From Candidatus Pelagibacter sp. (GTDB taxonomy: Bacteria; Pseudomonadota; Alphaproteobacteria; Pelagibacterales; Pelagibacteraceae): a stretch of 64,000 nt of DNA. Location: assembly GCF_052049855.1 (NCBI RefSeq), contig NZ_JBNGZE010000002.1, positions 211,798 through 275,797 on the forward strand, given 5' to 3'. The notes beneath the pieces are model-generated. The model saw nothing but the letters and a program-made list of their open reading frames with translations. It did not search any database and was not told the DNA's origin. Shown here in pieces: positions 46,935 to 56,544 of the stretch (position 1 is the stretch's first letter; every line of letters starts with the position of its first letter). A program made the translations under genes and the position numbers.

Positions 46935-47518
46935 TTGATAAATCTGCTTCCTGGGGTTGTTATTGATATAGTTTTTAGTTCTGGTGGTAATTTATTTGCT
47001 TTAAAAGTTGGAACATCAATTTTTAAATGAGATGTTATTCCTGTTTTTATTTTTAAAGATTGTTTAGTCGATCGATCAATTATAGATGCAAATCCAATTA
47101 ATTTTGCTTTTGATTTTTTAATCAATTTAACACACTCTAAACTTGATTTTCCAGTAGTGATTACATCTTCTATAATTAATACTCTTGCACCTTTTTTAAT
47201 ATTAAAACCTCTTCTAAGAGTAAATTTGCCGTTTACCCTTTCGCAAAAAATTGTTTCTTTTTTAAGCAATTTTCCTATTTCATAACCAATAATTACTCCT
47301 CCCATTGCAGGAGCTAATATTAAATCAAATTTTTTAAATTTTTTTCTAATTTTATTTGCTAAAGACTTACAAATTTTATCAGCTAAATTGGGGAAACTTA
47401 AAAGTTTTGCACATTGTATATATTTTGAAGAATGTAGACCTGAAGATAAAACAAAATGACCTTCTAATAATGCATTAGTTTTTTTTAAAATATTTAAGGA
47501 TTTTTTGTGTGAAAGCAT
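46931..47518 (-). CDS. pyrE: Orotate phosphoribosyltransferase
   Basis: GHFVLSSGLHS, IIEDVITTG PRPP motif. Confidence 0.94.
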   Translation of the reverse strand: MLSHKKSLNILKKTNALLEGHFVLSSGLHSSKYIQCAKLLSFPNLADKICKSLANKIRKKFKKFDLILAPAMGGVIIGYEIGKLLKKETIFCERVNGKFTLRRGFNIKKGARVLIIEDVITTGKSSLECVKLIKKSKAKLIGFASIIDRSTKQSLKIKTGITSHLKIDVPTFKANKLPPELKTISITTPGSRFIK

Positions 47519-49220
47519 TTCTTTTTTCTTCGTGTCTGATTATCTTAAATTTTATACTCTTTTGTTTTAGCTCTGCAATAAAATTAGTAAAATTCTTTAA
47601 GTTTCTTATGATTAATTTAAATTTAAAATTTATATAATTGGGATTTTTACCAACCATTTCTAAACTAGATATATTTAATTTATGACTTCCAATGAGTGAG
47701 CTTATATCTCCTAATTGTCCAGGCTTATCAGGTAATGACATCCATAAGGTAGTATTATATTTTTTTGTTTTTTCCTCTTTTTGCTCTCCTTTATCATGCC
47801 AATATCTTCTTATAGCAGCTCTTGCTTTACCTGTTTTAGTTGTTGGTATCCAGTGAAGTGACGGAGAATTATTTTTAGATGTTATAATATTTACACGATC
47901 GCCATTTCTTAAAATGGTTTGTAACTCATTTTTGTTTCCATTAATTTCACAACCAACTGCTGAATTACCAATTTTAGTATGAACGGCATATGCAAAATCG
48001 ATAGCTGTAGCGTCTTTAGGTAATTTTATTACTGAACCTTTGGGCGTGAAACAAAATACATTTTCTTGAAACATTTGCAGTTTAGTATACTCATATGAGT
48101 CTTCAGGATTTTCATTTTTTTCTATAATCTCAACAAGATCTTTTAACCAATCGTACTCCTTCCAGCTTAAAGAATTAAATTTTTCTGAAGATTTATACTG
48201 CCAATGAGATGCAATACCTCTTTCTGCAAATTCATGCATTTCATGGGTTCTAATTTGAATTTCTATTGGTTTTTTATTTGAACCAATTACAGAAGTATGA
48301 ATAGATTTGTAACCATTAATTTTTGGGGACGAAATATAATCTTTAAATTTTCCTGGTATACAATTCCATTTTTTGTGAAAAATACCGAGAGTTTTGTAAC
48401 AATCGTCTTCGTTGTTCAAAATTATTCTAAATCCAATAATGTCTGTTATTTGTTCAAGTGAAACTCTTTTTTTTTGTACTTTTCTCCAAATTGAAAAAGG
48501 GGTTTTTTCTCTACCATGAATCTCTGCATTGATTTCATTATCATTCAGAATTTCACTTAACTCATACGATTGTTCCTCAAATAAATCTTTTTTATCTAGC
48601 TTTATTTCATCAAGTCTTTTTTTTATTAGTTTTCTCGCATCGTTATTTAAAATTTCAAAAGACAAATCTTCAAGTTCGTCTCTTATTCTGTGCATTCCCA
48701 TTCTATCTGCTAAGGGAGCATAAATTTCCATGGTTTCTTGAGCTATCCTCTTTCTTTTGTCTTCCTTTGTAATAGCTTTAATGGTTCTCATATTATGTAG
48801 TCGATCAGCAATTTTAACTAACAGAACCCTAATGTCTTTAGATGTTGCTAAAATTAATTTTCTAAAATTTTCTACTTTAGAATTTGCTCCAGCTGAATTT
48901 TCAAATGCTGAAATTTTTGTGACACCATCAACTAAATCTGCAACTTCATCCCCAAATTCTTGTTTGATTGTTTCGTAAGTTGCAAAAGTATCTTCTATAG
49001 TGTCATGCAGTAGACCTGTTGTAATTGTAGCGCTATCTAATTTCAATTCAGTTAAAATATTTGCAACCTCAATTGGGTGAACTGAATAAGGGTCACCCGA
49101 AGCTCTTTTTTGACTCTTATGTGCATTTACAGCAAAATTATATGCTTTATCCAATTTTTCTGGATTTAAAAATTTATTATAGTTCTTAACTTTATTTATA
49201 AGTTCATTTGAATTAAGCAT
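47475..49220 (-). CDS. spoT: Bifunctional (p)ppGpp synthetase/hydrolase (RSH), shortened: HD-SYNTH-TGS-ACT
   Basis: LLHDTIEDT, KIADRLHNMRT, KDYI..PK.NGY.SIH, EIQIRT, FTPKG TGS domain, ACT at the end; 581 aa. Confidence 0.92.
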   Translation of the reverse strand: MLNSNELINKVKNYNKFLNPEKLDKAYNFAVNAHKSQKRASGDPYSVHPIEVANILTELKLDSATITTGLLHDTIEDTFATYETIKQEFGDEVADLVDGVTKISAFENSAGANSKVENFRKLILATSKDIRVLLVKIADRLHNMRTIKAITKEDKRKRIAQETMEIYAPLADRMGMHRIRDELEDLSFEILNNDARKLIKKRLDEIKLDKKDLFEEQSYELSEILNDNEINAEIHGREKTPFSIWRKVQKKRVSLEQITDIIGFRIILNNEDDCYKTLGIFHKKWNCIPGKFKDYISSPKINGYKSIHTSVIGSNKKPIEIQIRTHEMHEFAERGIASHWQYKSSEKFNSLSWKEYDWLKDLVEIIEKNENPEDSYEYTKLQMFQENVFCFTPKGSVIKLPKDATAIDFAYAVHTKIGNSAVGCEINGNKNELQTILRNGDRVNIITSKNNSPSLHWIPTTKTGKARAAIRRYWHDKGEQKEEKTKKYNTTLWMSLPDKPGQLGDISSLIGSHKLNISSLEMVGKNPNYINFKFKLIIRNLKNFTNFIAELKQKSIKFKIIRHEEKRNAFTQKILKYFKKN

Positions 49221-49241
49221 AATCGATATTATATCACTAAA

Positions 49242-49760
49242 TCAAATTTGTTTAATAGATCTAATGTCTCGATCAGGAAGTAGAGAAATCAAGGTTTTAA
49301 CATCAATTTGTTTATCAGGATGGATCCAATTCTTTTGGATTTCAAATAATGGAAACAGTACAAAGCTTCTTTTGTGCATCCTTTTGTGAGGCAAATTAAT
49401 TTTAGCATTTTTTTTTGACACAAATTTATTGAAATCAATAATGTCTAAGTCACATATGCGAGGAGCATTTTTTTTTGCTTTTTTTCTACCTAATTGAGTT
49501 TCTACAGTTTTGCATATTTTTAATAGTTCTTGAGGACTGTAATTACATTTTAATTTTAAAATTATATTTAAGAACTTAGGTTTTCGTGGGTCAGGCCAAG
49601 AAGGTGTTTCATAATAACTAGATACAGAGAGAACATCTAAGTTATATTCTGCCAATAAAAATTTTGCTTTTTCTATATTTGTTTTTCTTACTCCTAAATT
49701 TGAACCTATTCCTAAAAAAACAATTTTAGCTTGATTTTCTAATATATCTTGCTTTTTCAC
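49242..49760 (-). CDS. folK: HPPK, dihydropteridine pyrophosphokinase
   Basis: [27 protein letters not shown]. Likely GTG start at 49760 inside the smpB 3' end; exact start uncertain. Confidence 0.9.
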   Translation of the reverse strand: MKKQDILENQAKIVFLGIGSNLGVRKTNIEKAKFLLAEYNLDVLSVSSYYETPSWPDPRKPKFLNIILKLKCNYSPQELLKICKTVETQLGRKKAKKNAPRICDLDIIDFNKFVSKKNAKINLPHKRMHKRSFVLFPLFEIQKNWIHPDKQIDVKTLISLLPDRDIRSIKQI

Positions 49761-50196
49761 GGTTCCAATCTCTATTTTTTTTTGTTGCTCTTTTATCATA
49801 TTGCTTTTTCCCTTTTGCAACTGCTAGTTCTATTTTAGCCTTTCCTTTTTTAAAATACATTTTTGTTGGAACTAACGTGAAACCATCTCTTTGCATTTTA
49901 CCTATTAATTTATTTATTTCTTTTTTAGTAAAAAGCAATTTTCTTTCATCGGTTGGATTATGATTAGAGTAACTGGCTTGCTTGTAGGGAGATATATGTG
50001 AATTAATTAAAACAATTTCACCTCCCTTTTCAACAGCATAAGACTCAGCGATATTCACCTTTCCCTCTCTTACTGATTTAATTTCGGATCCCTTTAAAAC
50101 AATTCCAGCTTCAAGAAGATCTTCAAAAAAATAGTTAAAACTAGCTTTTCTGTTTAAACAAATGATTTTCAAACCAGGATTGGTTTTTTTGTTCAT
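49726..50196 (-). CDS. smpB: SsrA-binding protein
   Basis: [32 protein letters not shown]. Confidence 0.96.
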   Translation of the reverse strand: MNKKTNPGLKIICLNRKASFNYFFEDLLEAGIVLKGSEIKSVREGKVNIAESYAVEKGGEIVLINSHISPYKQASYSNHNPTDERKLLFTKKEINKLIGKMQRDGFTLVPTKMYFKKGKAKIELAVAKGKKQYDKRATKKNRDWNREKARYIRKSS

Positions 50197-51077
50197 TAAA
50201 TTAACTTAGCAGACTGAAGAGCTTTTTTTACAATTTCTTTTGTTGTGTCTGTTACTTTTACAAGTGGTAGTCTTACATTGTCATCACAAAGTCCTAGAAG
50301 TTTTGCTGCATATTTTACAGGACTAGGATTGCTCTCAACAAACATTGAGTGATGAACTGGTTGTAATATTTTATCTAATCTTTCTGCTTCTTTCATTTCG
50401 TTATCGGTATCTGATTTTGAGAATTTTTGAAAATCTGAACAAAGTTTAGGTGCAATATTAGCTGTTACACTAATAGCTCCTACCCCACCACGTTTATTAA
50501 ATTCAAAAGCATTATCATCATTACCTGTTAATTGAATAAAATCTTTACCCATTTTTTCAAACGTCTGATTAACTCTATCTAAATCACCTGTTGCATCTTT
50601 AACACCAACTATATTTTTTAATTCAAACAGTCTAGCCATGGTCTCCACTGACATATCAATCACAGATCTTCCAGGAATATTATAAATTATAAGTGGAATG
50701 CCACACTTATCATTAATTGCTTTATAATGTTGATACAAACCCTCCTGAGTTGGTTTATTATAATAAGGTGTAACTATCAAAGCTCCGTTAGCCCCTGCTT
50801 TTTCTGCATGAGTGGTTAAAGAAATCGCTTCTTCAGTTGAGTTTGACCCCGTTCCGGCAATTACAGGAATTTTTCCATTACTTTCTTTTATACATAAATC
50901 TATTACTCTTTGGTGCTCATCATGGTTTAAGGTGGGAGATTCACCTGTTGTGCCCGCAGGAACGAGTCCATTGGTACCATTATCAATATGGAAATGGATT
51001 AAATTTATATATGCTTCCTCATCTAAACCATTATTTTTAAATGGTGTAATTAAAGCAACATTTGATCCTTTGAACAT
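50196..51077 (-). CDS. dapA: 4-hydroxy-tetrahydrodipicolinate synthase
   Basis: GTTGES, PYYNKP, YNIPGR, GVKDA. Confidence 0.96.
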   Translation of the reverse strand: MFKGSNVALITPFKNNGLDEEAYINLIHFHIDNGTNGLVPAGTTGESPTLNHDEHQRVIDLCIKESNGKIPVIAGTGSNSTEEAISLTTHAEKAGANGALIVTPYYNKPTQEGLYQHYKAINDKCGIPLIIYNIPGRSVIDMSVETMARLFELKNIVGVKDATGDLDRVNQTFEKMGKDFIQLTGNDDNAFEFNKRGGVGAISVTANIAPKLCSDFQKFSKSDTDNEMKEAERLDKILQPVHHSMFVESNPSPVKYAAKLLGLCDDNVRLPLVKVTDTTKEIVKKALQSAKLI

Positions 51078-51120
51078 AAATACTTATAACATAGTTTAAA
51101 GATTCATATACTAAAAGATT

Positions 51121-53346
51121 ATGCTCAAAAAAATATTATTTTTATGTTTCAGTGTATCAATATTAATGTTTTCAAATAATCTTTTTGCTGAAATCAATTC
51201 AATTGTACCCTTAAAAAAACCTATTTTAAGTAAAGAAGAAATTCAAAAGAAAATATCTATAAATATCCTTAAACCTTTAAAGAAACCCTCGAAAACTAAA
51301 GAAGTTAAAATCAAAGAAGTAATTGTTAAAAAGGAGTTGGTTTTAAAAGAAAAAAAATTAAGTTTTAAAATACCGAAGAAAAAGCCAACTTTAGCCGGCA
51401 TTAGCTCAGCAATGAATATAAAAATTTCAAAATATTATAGTAAAAGGGACTTCGGGTTGGCTAAAAAAGCCATTTCAGAAATGCAGAAAAGTAAATGGAC
51501 ATCTGCACTTAAAATAGCAAAAAAAGCAAAAGACAACTCAATTTATAATTTTATAAAATGGAGACATCTTTTAACCTCTGGTAATCAAGCTTCCTTTTAC
51601 GAATATCAAGTTTTTTTAAATAAAAATTCAGATTATCCAAGAATAGACAGAATTAGATATCTTGCTGAACACAAACTATCAACAGAAAGTGTTTCACCAA
51701 AAAAAATAATAAATTGGTTCGGAGTAAAAGATCCATTAAGTGGTTATGGAAAAATGATACTTGGAGAAAGTTACATTTTAGTTGGAGACAAAAACAAGGG
51801 TACAAAACTAATTAAAGAAGGCTGGATAACAGCTGATTTATCAAAAAATGAATTAAAATATTTTAGAAAAAAATTTAAAAAATATTTAAATGCAAATGAC
51901 TATATAAAACGAGCTGATTATTTAGCTTGGAATGGTGATCGTTGGGATTTACAAAGATTAATAAGGTATCTGCCAAAAGATTATGAGCTTTTATATAACG
52001 CAAGACATCTTTTAATGAGTAAGGGCTATGGTGTTGACCAAGCTATAGCCAATGTTCCACAAAAATTTAAGAATGATTCTGGGTTAAACTATGATCGATT
52101 AAAATGGAGAAGAAAAAAGGGACGTGTAGATTCTTCAGCTGAAATCTTATTAAAGATAAGAAATGATAAAGAGTATTTAGTCAGACCTGAAAAATGGTGG
52201 AAAGAAAGAGAAATTATTTCAAGAGCGTTGCTTTATAAAAAAAAATATGAAATTTCTTATAAAATTTCAAGCAATCATGGAATGACCGAAGGGTCTGAAT
52301 ATGCTGCTGCAGAATGGATGAGCGGCTGGATAGCTTTAAGTTTTTTAAACGATCCTTTAACTGCTAAAAATCATTTTAAAAATTTTTATAAAAATGTTAG
52401 TTACCCAATAAGCTTATCTAGAGGTGCTTATTGGCTTGGAAGAGCTTATGAAAAAATAGGTGAAAGAGAACAATCAAATAATTGGTATAGAGAGGCTACT
52501 AAATATTTAACTACGTATTATGGTCAACTAGCTTTTTTAAAAATAAATCCAAATGGAAAGTTTGAGTTAGATAAAGACATGGAAATTGATCCAAAATATA
52601 GGATACAATTTTTTAATAAAGAGCTTGTTAAAATTTCTTATCTTCTGCATGAATTAAAGAAAGACAAATATACAAAACATATTTTAAGGCATTTAGCTAA
52701 GGATAATATATCTAAAGGTAGTGAAGTTTTGGCGGCTGAATTAGCTACAAGTATAAACAGATATGATTTTGCTATTCAGGTTTCAAAAATTGCGTCTTAT
52801 CAAAAAAGATTTCATAATAAATATAATTATCCAATTATAAGCACACCCAAAAATATCAATGGCAGAAAAATTCCTGAAAGCGCTTTAATTCTATCAATAA
52901 TTCGTCAAGAAAGTGAATTTGATTTGGAAGCTAATAGTCACGCTGGTGCAAAAGGATTAATGCAATTGATGCCTTACACAGCAAAATTAGTTTCAAAACA
53001 AGCTAAACTTCCTTATTCAAAATCAAGATTAACCACTGATCCAGAATATAACATTAATTTAGGTTCACATTATATCGCAGGTTTAATTCTACAATATGAT
53101 GGTGCTTACCCTTTTGCAGTGGCTGCTTACAATGCTGGCCCTAATAGAGTCAAGTACTGGAGAAAGATTAATAAAGATCCTCAAAAAAAACAAATTGAAT
53201 ATGTAGATTGGGTTGAATTAATAAAATTTCGAGAAACACGGAATTATGTTCAAAGAGTACTAGAAAATTACAATGTATATAGATACATACTAGAACAAAA
53301 ACCTATCAAAATGGAAAAATTCTTTGATGATAAACCTTTGTATTAA
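51121..53346 (+). CDS. slt: Soluble lytic murein transglycosylase (Slt70-like)
   Basis: Signal peptide; helical superhelix; IRQESEF, GLMQLMP, AAYNAGP, ETRNYVQRV. Confidence 0.92.
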   Translation: MLKKILFLCFSVSILMFSNNLFAEINSIVPLKKPILSKEEIQKKISINILKPLKKPSKTKEVKIKEVIVKKELVLKEKKLSFKIPKKKPTLAGISSAMNIKISKYYSKRDFGLAKKAISEMQKSKWTSALKIAKKAKDNSIYNFIKWRHLLTSGNQASFYEYQVFLNKNSDYPRIDRIRYLAEHKLSTESVSPKKIINWFGVKDPLSGYGKMILGESYILVGDKNKGTKLIKEGWITADLSKNELKYFRKKFKKYLNANDYIKRADYLAWNGDRWDLQRLIRYLPKDYELLYNARHLLMSKGYGVDQAIANVPQKFKNDSGLNYDRLKWRRKKGRVDSSAEILLKIRNDKEYLVRPEKWWKEREIISRALLYKKKYEISYKISSNHGMTEGSEYAAAEWMSGWIALSFLNDPLTAKNHFKNFYKNVSYPISLSRGAYWLGRAYEKIGEREQSNNWYREATKYLTTYYGQLAFLKINPNGKFELDKDMEIDPKYRIQFFNKELVKISYLLHELKKDKYTKHILRHLAKDNISKGSEVLAAELATSINRYDFAIQVSKIASYQKRFHNKYNYPIISTPKNINGRKIPESALILSIIRQESEFDLEANSHAGAKGLMQLMPYTAKLVSKQAKLPYSKSRLTTDPEYNINLGSHYIAGLILQYDGAYPFAVAAYNAGPNRVKYWRKINKDPQKKQIEYVDWVELIKFRETRNYVQRVLENYNVYRYILEQKPIKMEKFFDDKPLY

Positions 53347-53349
53347 ATA

Positions 53350-54837
53350 ATGGAAAATGAGAGGCTCGAAATAGAGAAAATAATTAACGAGGGCATTAAT
53401 CTTTTTGAAAATAATAAGTATGAAGAGTCAATTAAAATTTTTGAAAACTTAAAAGAAAATTCTAAAACAAAAATTATTGGCATTTTCTTTCTTGGCGTTA
53501 TTGAAGTTAAAAGAAAGAATTATACTAAAGCAAAAAAATTTTTTTTTAATGTTTTAGAAATAAACAAAAATCATGAGGACGCTAATTTAAATTTAGGTCT
53601 AGTTTATTTAGAAGAAAAAAATTTTGATGAATCTTTAATTTACTTCAAAAAAGTTTTAATGATCAATAAAAAAAATCTTAATGCTTTATATCATTCAGCT
53701 TTATCATATTTTGCTTTAAGAAAACTTGAGAAGTCTATTAAATACCTAAATTTAAGTATTGAAGTAAATAAAAATTTTGTTCATTCTTATGTAACACTTG
53801 GTCATATTTATTTAAGAATTAAAGAATTTAACAAAGCTCTACTTAATTATAAAAAAGTTTTAGAAATTAATCCAAAACGTATTAAAACTAAATTTAATAT
53901 TGCATGGTGTTATTTTGCTTTATCAGACCTAGAATTAGCCTTTGAGAATTATGAATTTAGAAAAGAAAAAATAACTCCACAAGGAAGACACAAAGAAGTC
54001 TTAGATAAATTCAAATCTATTGAATGGAATGGACAAGATTTAGAAAATAAAACAATTTTAATTATATGTGAACAGGGCTATGGGGATAATATAAATTTTT
54101 TTCGTTATTTATTTTGGCTCGATAAAAAATTTAATGTTAAAATATTTTTTTATGCACATAAAAAACTAGCACATTTGTTTAGAAATACACCTTTTGAAAT
54201 TATTTCAGATTTAAATGATGTAAATAAAATTGATTATCATCAGCATCTTTTAAGTTTGCCTGGCATTTGTTACAAAGAAACAAAAAGCTTCGAAGAAAAT
54301 ATTAATTACATAAATATTAATCAAAAAAATGATATTTATTGGAAAGAAAAATTAAGTGTCTATAAAAAACCTCTTATTGCAATAAATTGGCAAGGTGATC
54401 ATAGATATGGACACGATGACATGCGATCCATACCACTCTCATATTTTAAAAATACTCTAAATAATCGAAATTTTGAATTTATTAGTTTGCAAAAAAACTT
54501 TGGATCTGAACAAATAAAAAAAAATAAATTTGAAAATCTTTTAATTGATTTATCAACTGAAATAGATATTGGAAAAAATGCTTTTGAAGATACAGTATCT
54601 ATATTAAAGAATATGGAGTTAGTAATTACTTCAGATACTGCTATTGCTCACTTAGCAGGTACATTAGACATTAAAACATTTTTGTTACTAAGTTTTAATC
54701 CTGAGTGGCGTTGGTATATTGAATTAACTCATAAATGTTTCTACCCAAAAATAAACATCATTCAACAAAGCAAGTTTAATAACTGGAAAGGTGTTTTTAA
54801 TGAATTAAATAAAAGAATTGAAACAAAAGATTATTAA
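53350..54837 (+). CDS. TPR-repeat protein with C-terminal GT-B/GT9-like domain
   Basis: Several TPR-like repeats, then WNGQDL..KTILIICEQGYGD, SLQK, DLVIT-like ELVITSDT..AHLAG.L, W.W. Confidence 0.78.
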   Translation: MENERLEIEKIINEGINLFENNKYEESIKIFENLKENSKTKIIGIFFLGVIEVKRKNYTKAKKFFFNVLEINKNHEDANLNLGLVYLEEKNFDESLIYFKKVLMINKKNLNALYHSALSYFALRKLEKSIKYLNLSIEVNKNFVHSYVTLGHIYLRIKEFNKALLNYKKVLEINPKRIKTKFNIAWCYFALSDLELAFENYEFRKEKITPQGRHKEVLDKFKSIEWNGQDLENKTILIICEQGYGDNINFFRYLFWLDKKFNVKIFFYAHKKLAHLFRNTPFEIISDLNDVNKIDYHQHLLSLPGICYKETKSFEENINYININQKNDIYWKEKLSVYKKPLIAINWQGDHRYGHDDMRSIPLSYFKNTLNNRNFEFISLQKNFGSEQIKKNKFENLLIDLSTEIDIGKNAFEDTVSILKNMELVITSDTAIAHLAGTLDIKTFLLLSFNPEWRWYIELTHKCFYPKINIIQQSKFNNWKGVFNELNKRIETKDY

Positions 54838-54855
54838 ATTATGAACTATTTTGTA

Positions 54856-54947
54856 TGGCGGAAGAGGAGGGATTCGAACCCTCGGTACAAGTTTCCTCGC
54901 ACGGTCATTTAGCAAACGACTGGTTTAAGCCTCTCACCCACTCTTCC
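54856..54947 (-). tRNA. tRNA-Ser(GCU)
   Basis: Reverse complement GGAAGAG...GTCGT-TTGCTAA-ATGAC, long variable arm, ends CTCTTCCGCCA; 92 nt. Confidence 0.96.
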
Positions 54948-55014
54948 ATATGACATTGTGTATTATGCGATTTTATTGAAAATTCAATATTTATAAAGTA
55001 TTTATTCAATTATT

Positions 55015-56268
55015 ATGAGAAATAAGTACTCAATATTTTCTTTGATAAAAAATGCTTTTTCATATCATGAAAATTGGCAAAGAGCCTGGAAAGATCCTAC
55101 TCCTAAAAAAGAATATGATGCCATTATTGTTGGTGGTGGTGGCCATGGTTTAGCAACAGCCTACTATTTAGCAAAAAAACACAATATGAATAATATTGCC
55201 GTAGTCGAGAAAGGTTGGATTGGTGGAGGAAATACTGGACGTAATACTACAATTATTAGATCAAATTATTTATGGGATGCTAGTGCAGGATTATATGATC
55301 ATGCATTAAAAATTTGGGAAGGTTTATCTCAAGAACTAAACTATAATGTAATGTTTAGTCAAAGAGGTGTAATGAACCTTGCACATAATTTACAAGATGT
55401 TAGAGATTTAAAAAGACGAACACATGCTAATAGATTAAATGGTATTGATGCAGTATACTTGAGCACTGAAGAAATTAAAAAGTTTTGTCCAATAATAAAT
55501 ACATCACCAGATATTAGGTACCCTGTTTTAGGGGGAACTTTACAAAGAAGAGCGGGTACAGCAAGACACGATGCAGTTGCTTGGGGATATGCTAGAGGAG
55601 CTGATGCAATGGGTGTTGATATTATTCAAAATTGTGAAGTTAAAGGAATAAAAAGAAATGGAGATAGTGTTGAGGGAATAGAAACAACAAAAGGTTTTAT
55701 TAAAACTAAAAAAGTTGGTGTTGTTGCAGCTGGTCATTCTAGCGTCATAGCTAATATGGCGGGCCTAAGACTTCCGCTTGAAAGTAAACCTTTACAGGCT
55801 TTAGTTTCTGAACCTGTAAAACCAATTATTGATACAGTTGTAATGTCTAACGCAGTGCATGCTTATGTTAGTCAATCTGACAAAGGGGAATTAGTCATTG
55901 GTGCTGGAACAGACGATTATGTTTCTTATACTCAAAAAGGAAGTCACCAAATAGTTGAAGGAACATTAAATGCAATTTTAGAATTATATCCAATTTTTAG
56001 TAGAATGAGAATGTTAAGACAATGGGGAGGAATAGTAGATATATGTCCTGATGCTAGTCCAATTTTAAGTAAAACTTCAATTAAAGGATTATACTTTAAT
56101 TGTGGTTGGGGTACTGGAGGATTTAAAGCAACTCCTGGATCCGGAGATTTATTTGCACATACTATTGCAAATGATGAACCACACAAACTTAATGCTGCAT
56201 TTAATTTAAATAGATTTGTAAGCGGAGACCTTGTTGATGAACATGGGGCTGCAGCGGTTGCTCATTAA
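55015..56268 (+). CDS. soxB: Heterotetrameric sarcosine oxidase, beta subunit
   Basis: [47 protein letters not shown]. Confidence 0.95.
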   Translation: MRNKYSIFSLIKNAFSYHENWQRAWKDPTPKKEYDAIIVGGGGHGLATAYYLAKKHNMNNIAVVEKGWIGGGNTGRNTTIIRSNYLWDASAGLYDHALKIWEGLSQELNYNVMFSQRGVMNLAHNLQDVRDLKRRTHANRLNGIDAVYLSTEEIKKFCPIINTSPDIRYPVLGGTLQRRAGTARHDAVAWGYARGADAMGVDIIQNCEVKGIKRNGDSVEGIETTKGFIKTKKVGVVAAGHSSVIANMAGLRLPLESKPLQALVSEPVKPIIDTVVMSNAVHAYVSQSDKGELVIGAGTDDYVSYTQKGSHQIVEGTLNAILELYPIFSRMRMLRQWGGIVDICPDASPILSKTSIKGLYFNCGWGTGGFKATPGSGDLFAHTIANDEPHKLNAAFNLNRFVSGDLVDEHGAAAVAH

Positions 56269-56543
56269 TGTTTTTAATAAACTGTCCATACTGTGGAGAA
56301 CGAGATCAGCAAGAATTTAAGGCTGGAGGTGAAGCTCATATCGAGAGACCTAAGCAACCAACAGAATTAAGTGATGATGAATGGGCAGAATATTTATTTA
56401 TGAGAAAAAACATTAAAGGTGTTCAATTTGAAAGATGGAACCATGCACATGGTTGTCGTAAATGGTTTAATATGGTTAGAGATACTTCTAACGACGAAAT
56501 AAAAGCAATTTACAAAATGGGTGAAAAACCACCCGCTCAATAA
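56268..56543 (+). CDS. soxD: Sarcosine oxidase, delta subunit
   Basis: CPYCG.R...EF..GGEAH, ERW.H.HGC. Confidence 0.95.
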   Translation: MFLINCPYCGERDQQEFKAGGEAHIERPKQPTELSDDEWAEYLFMRKNIKGVQFERWNHAHGCRKWFNMVRDTSNDEIKAIYKMGEKPPAQ

Positions 56544-56544
56544 A

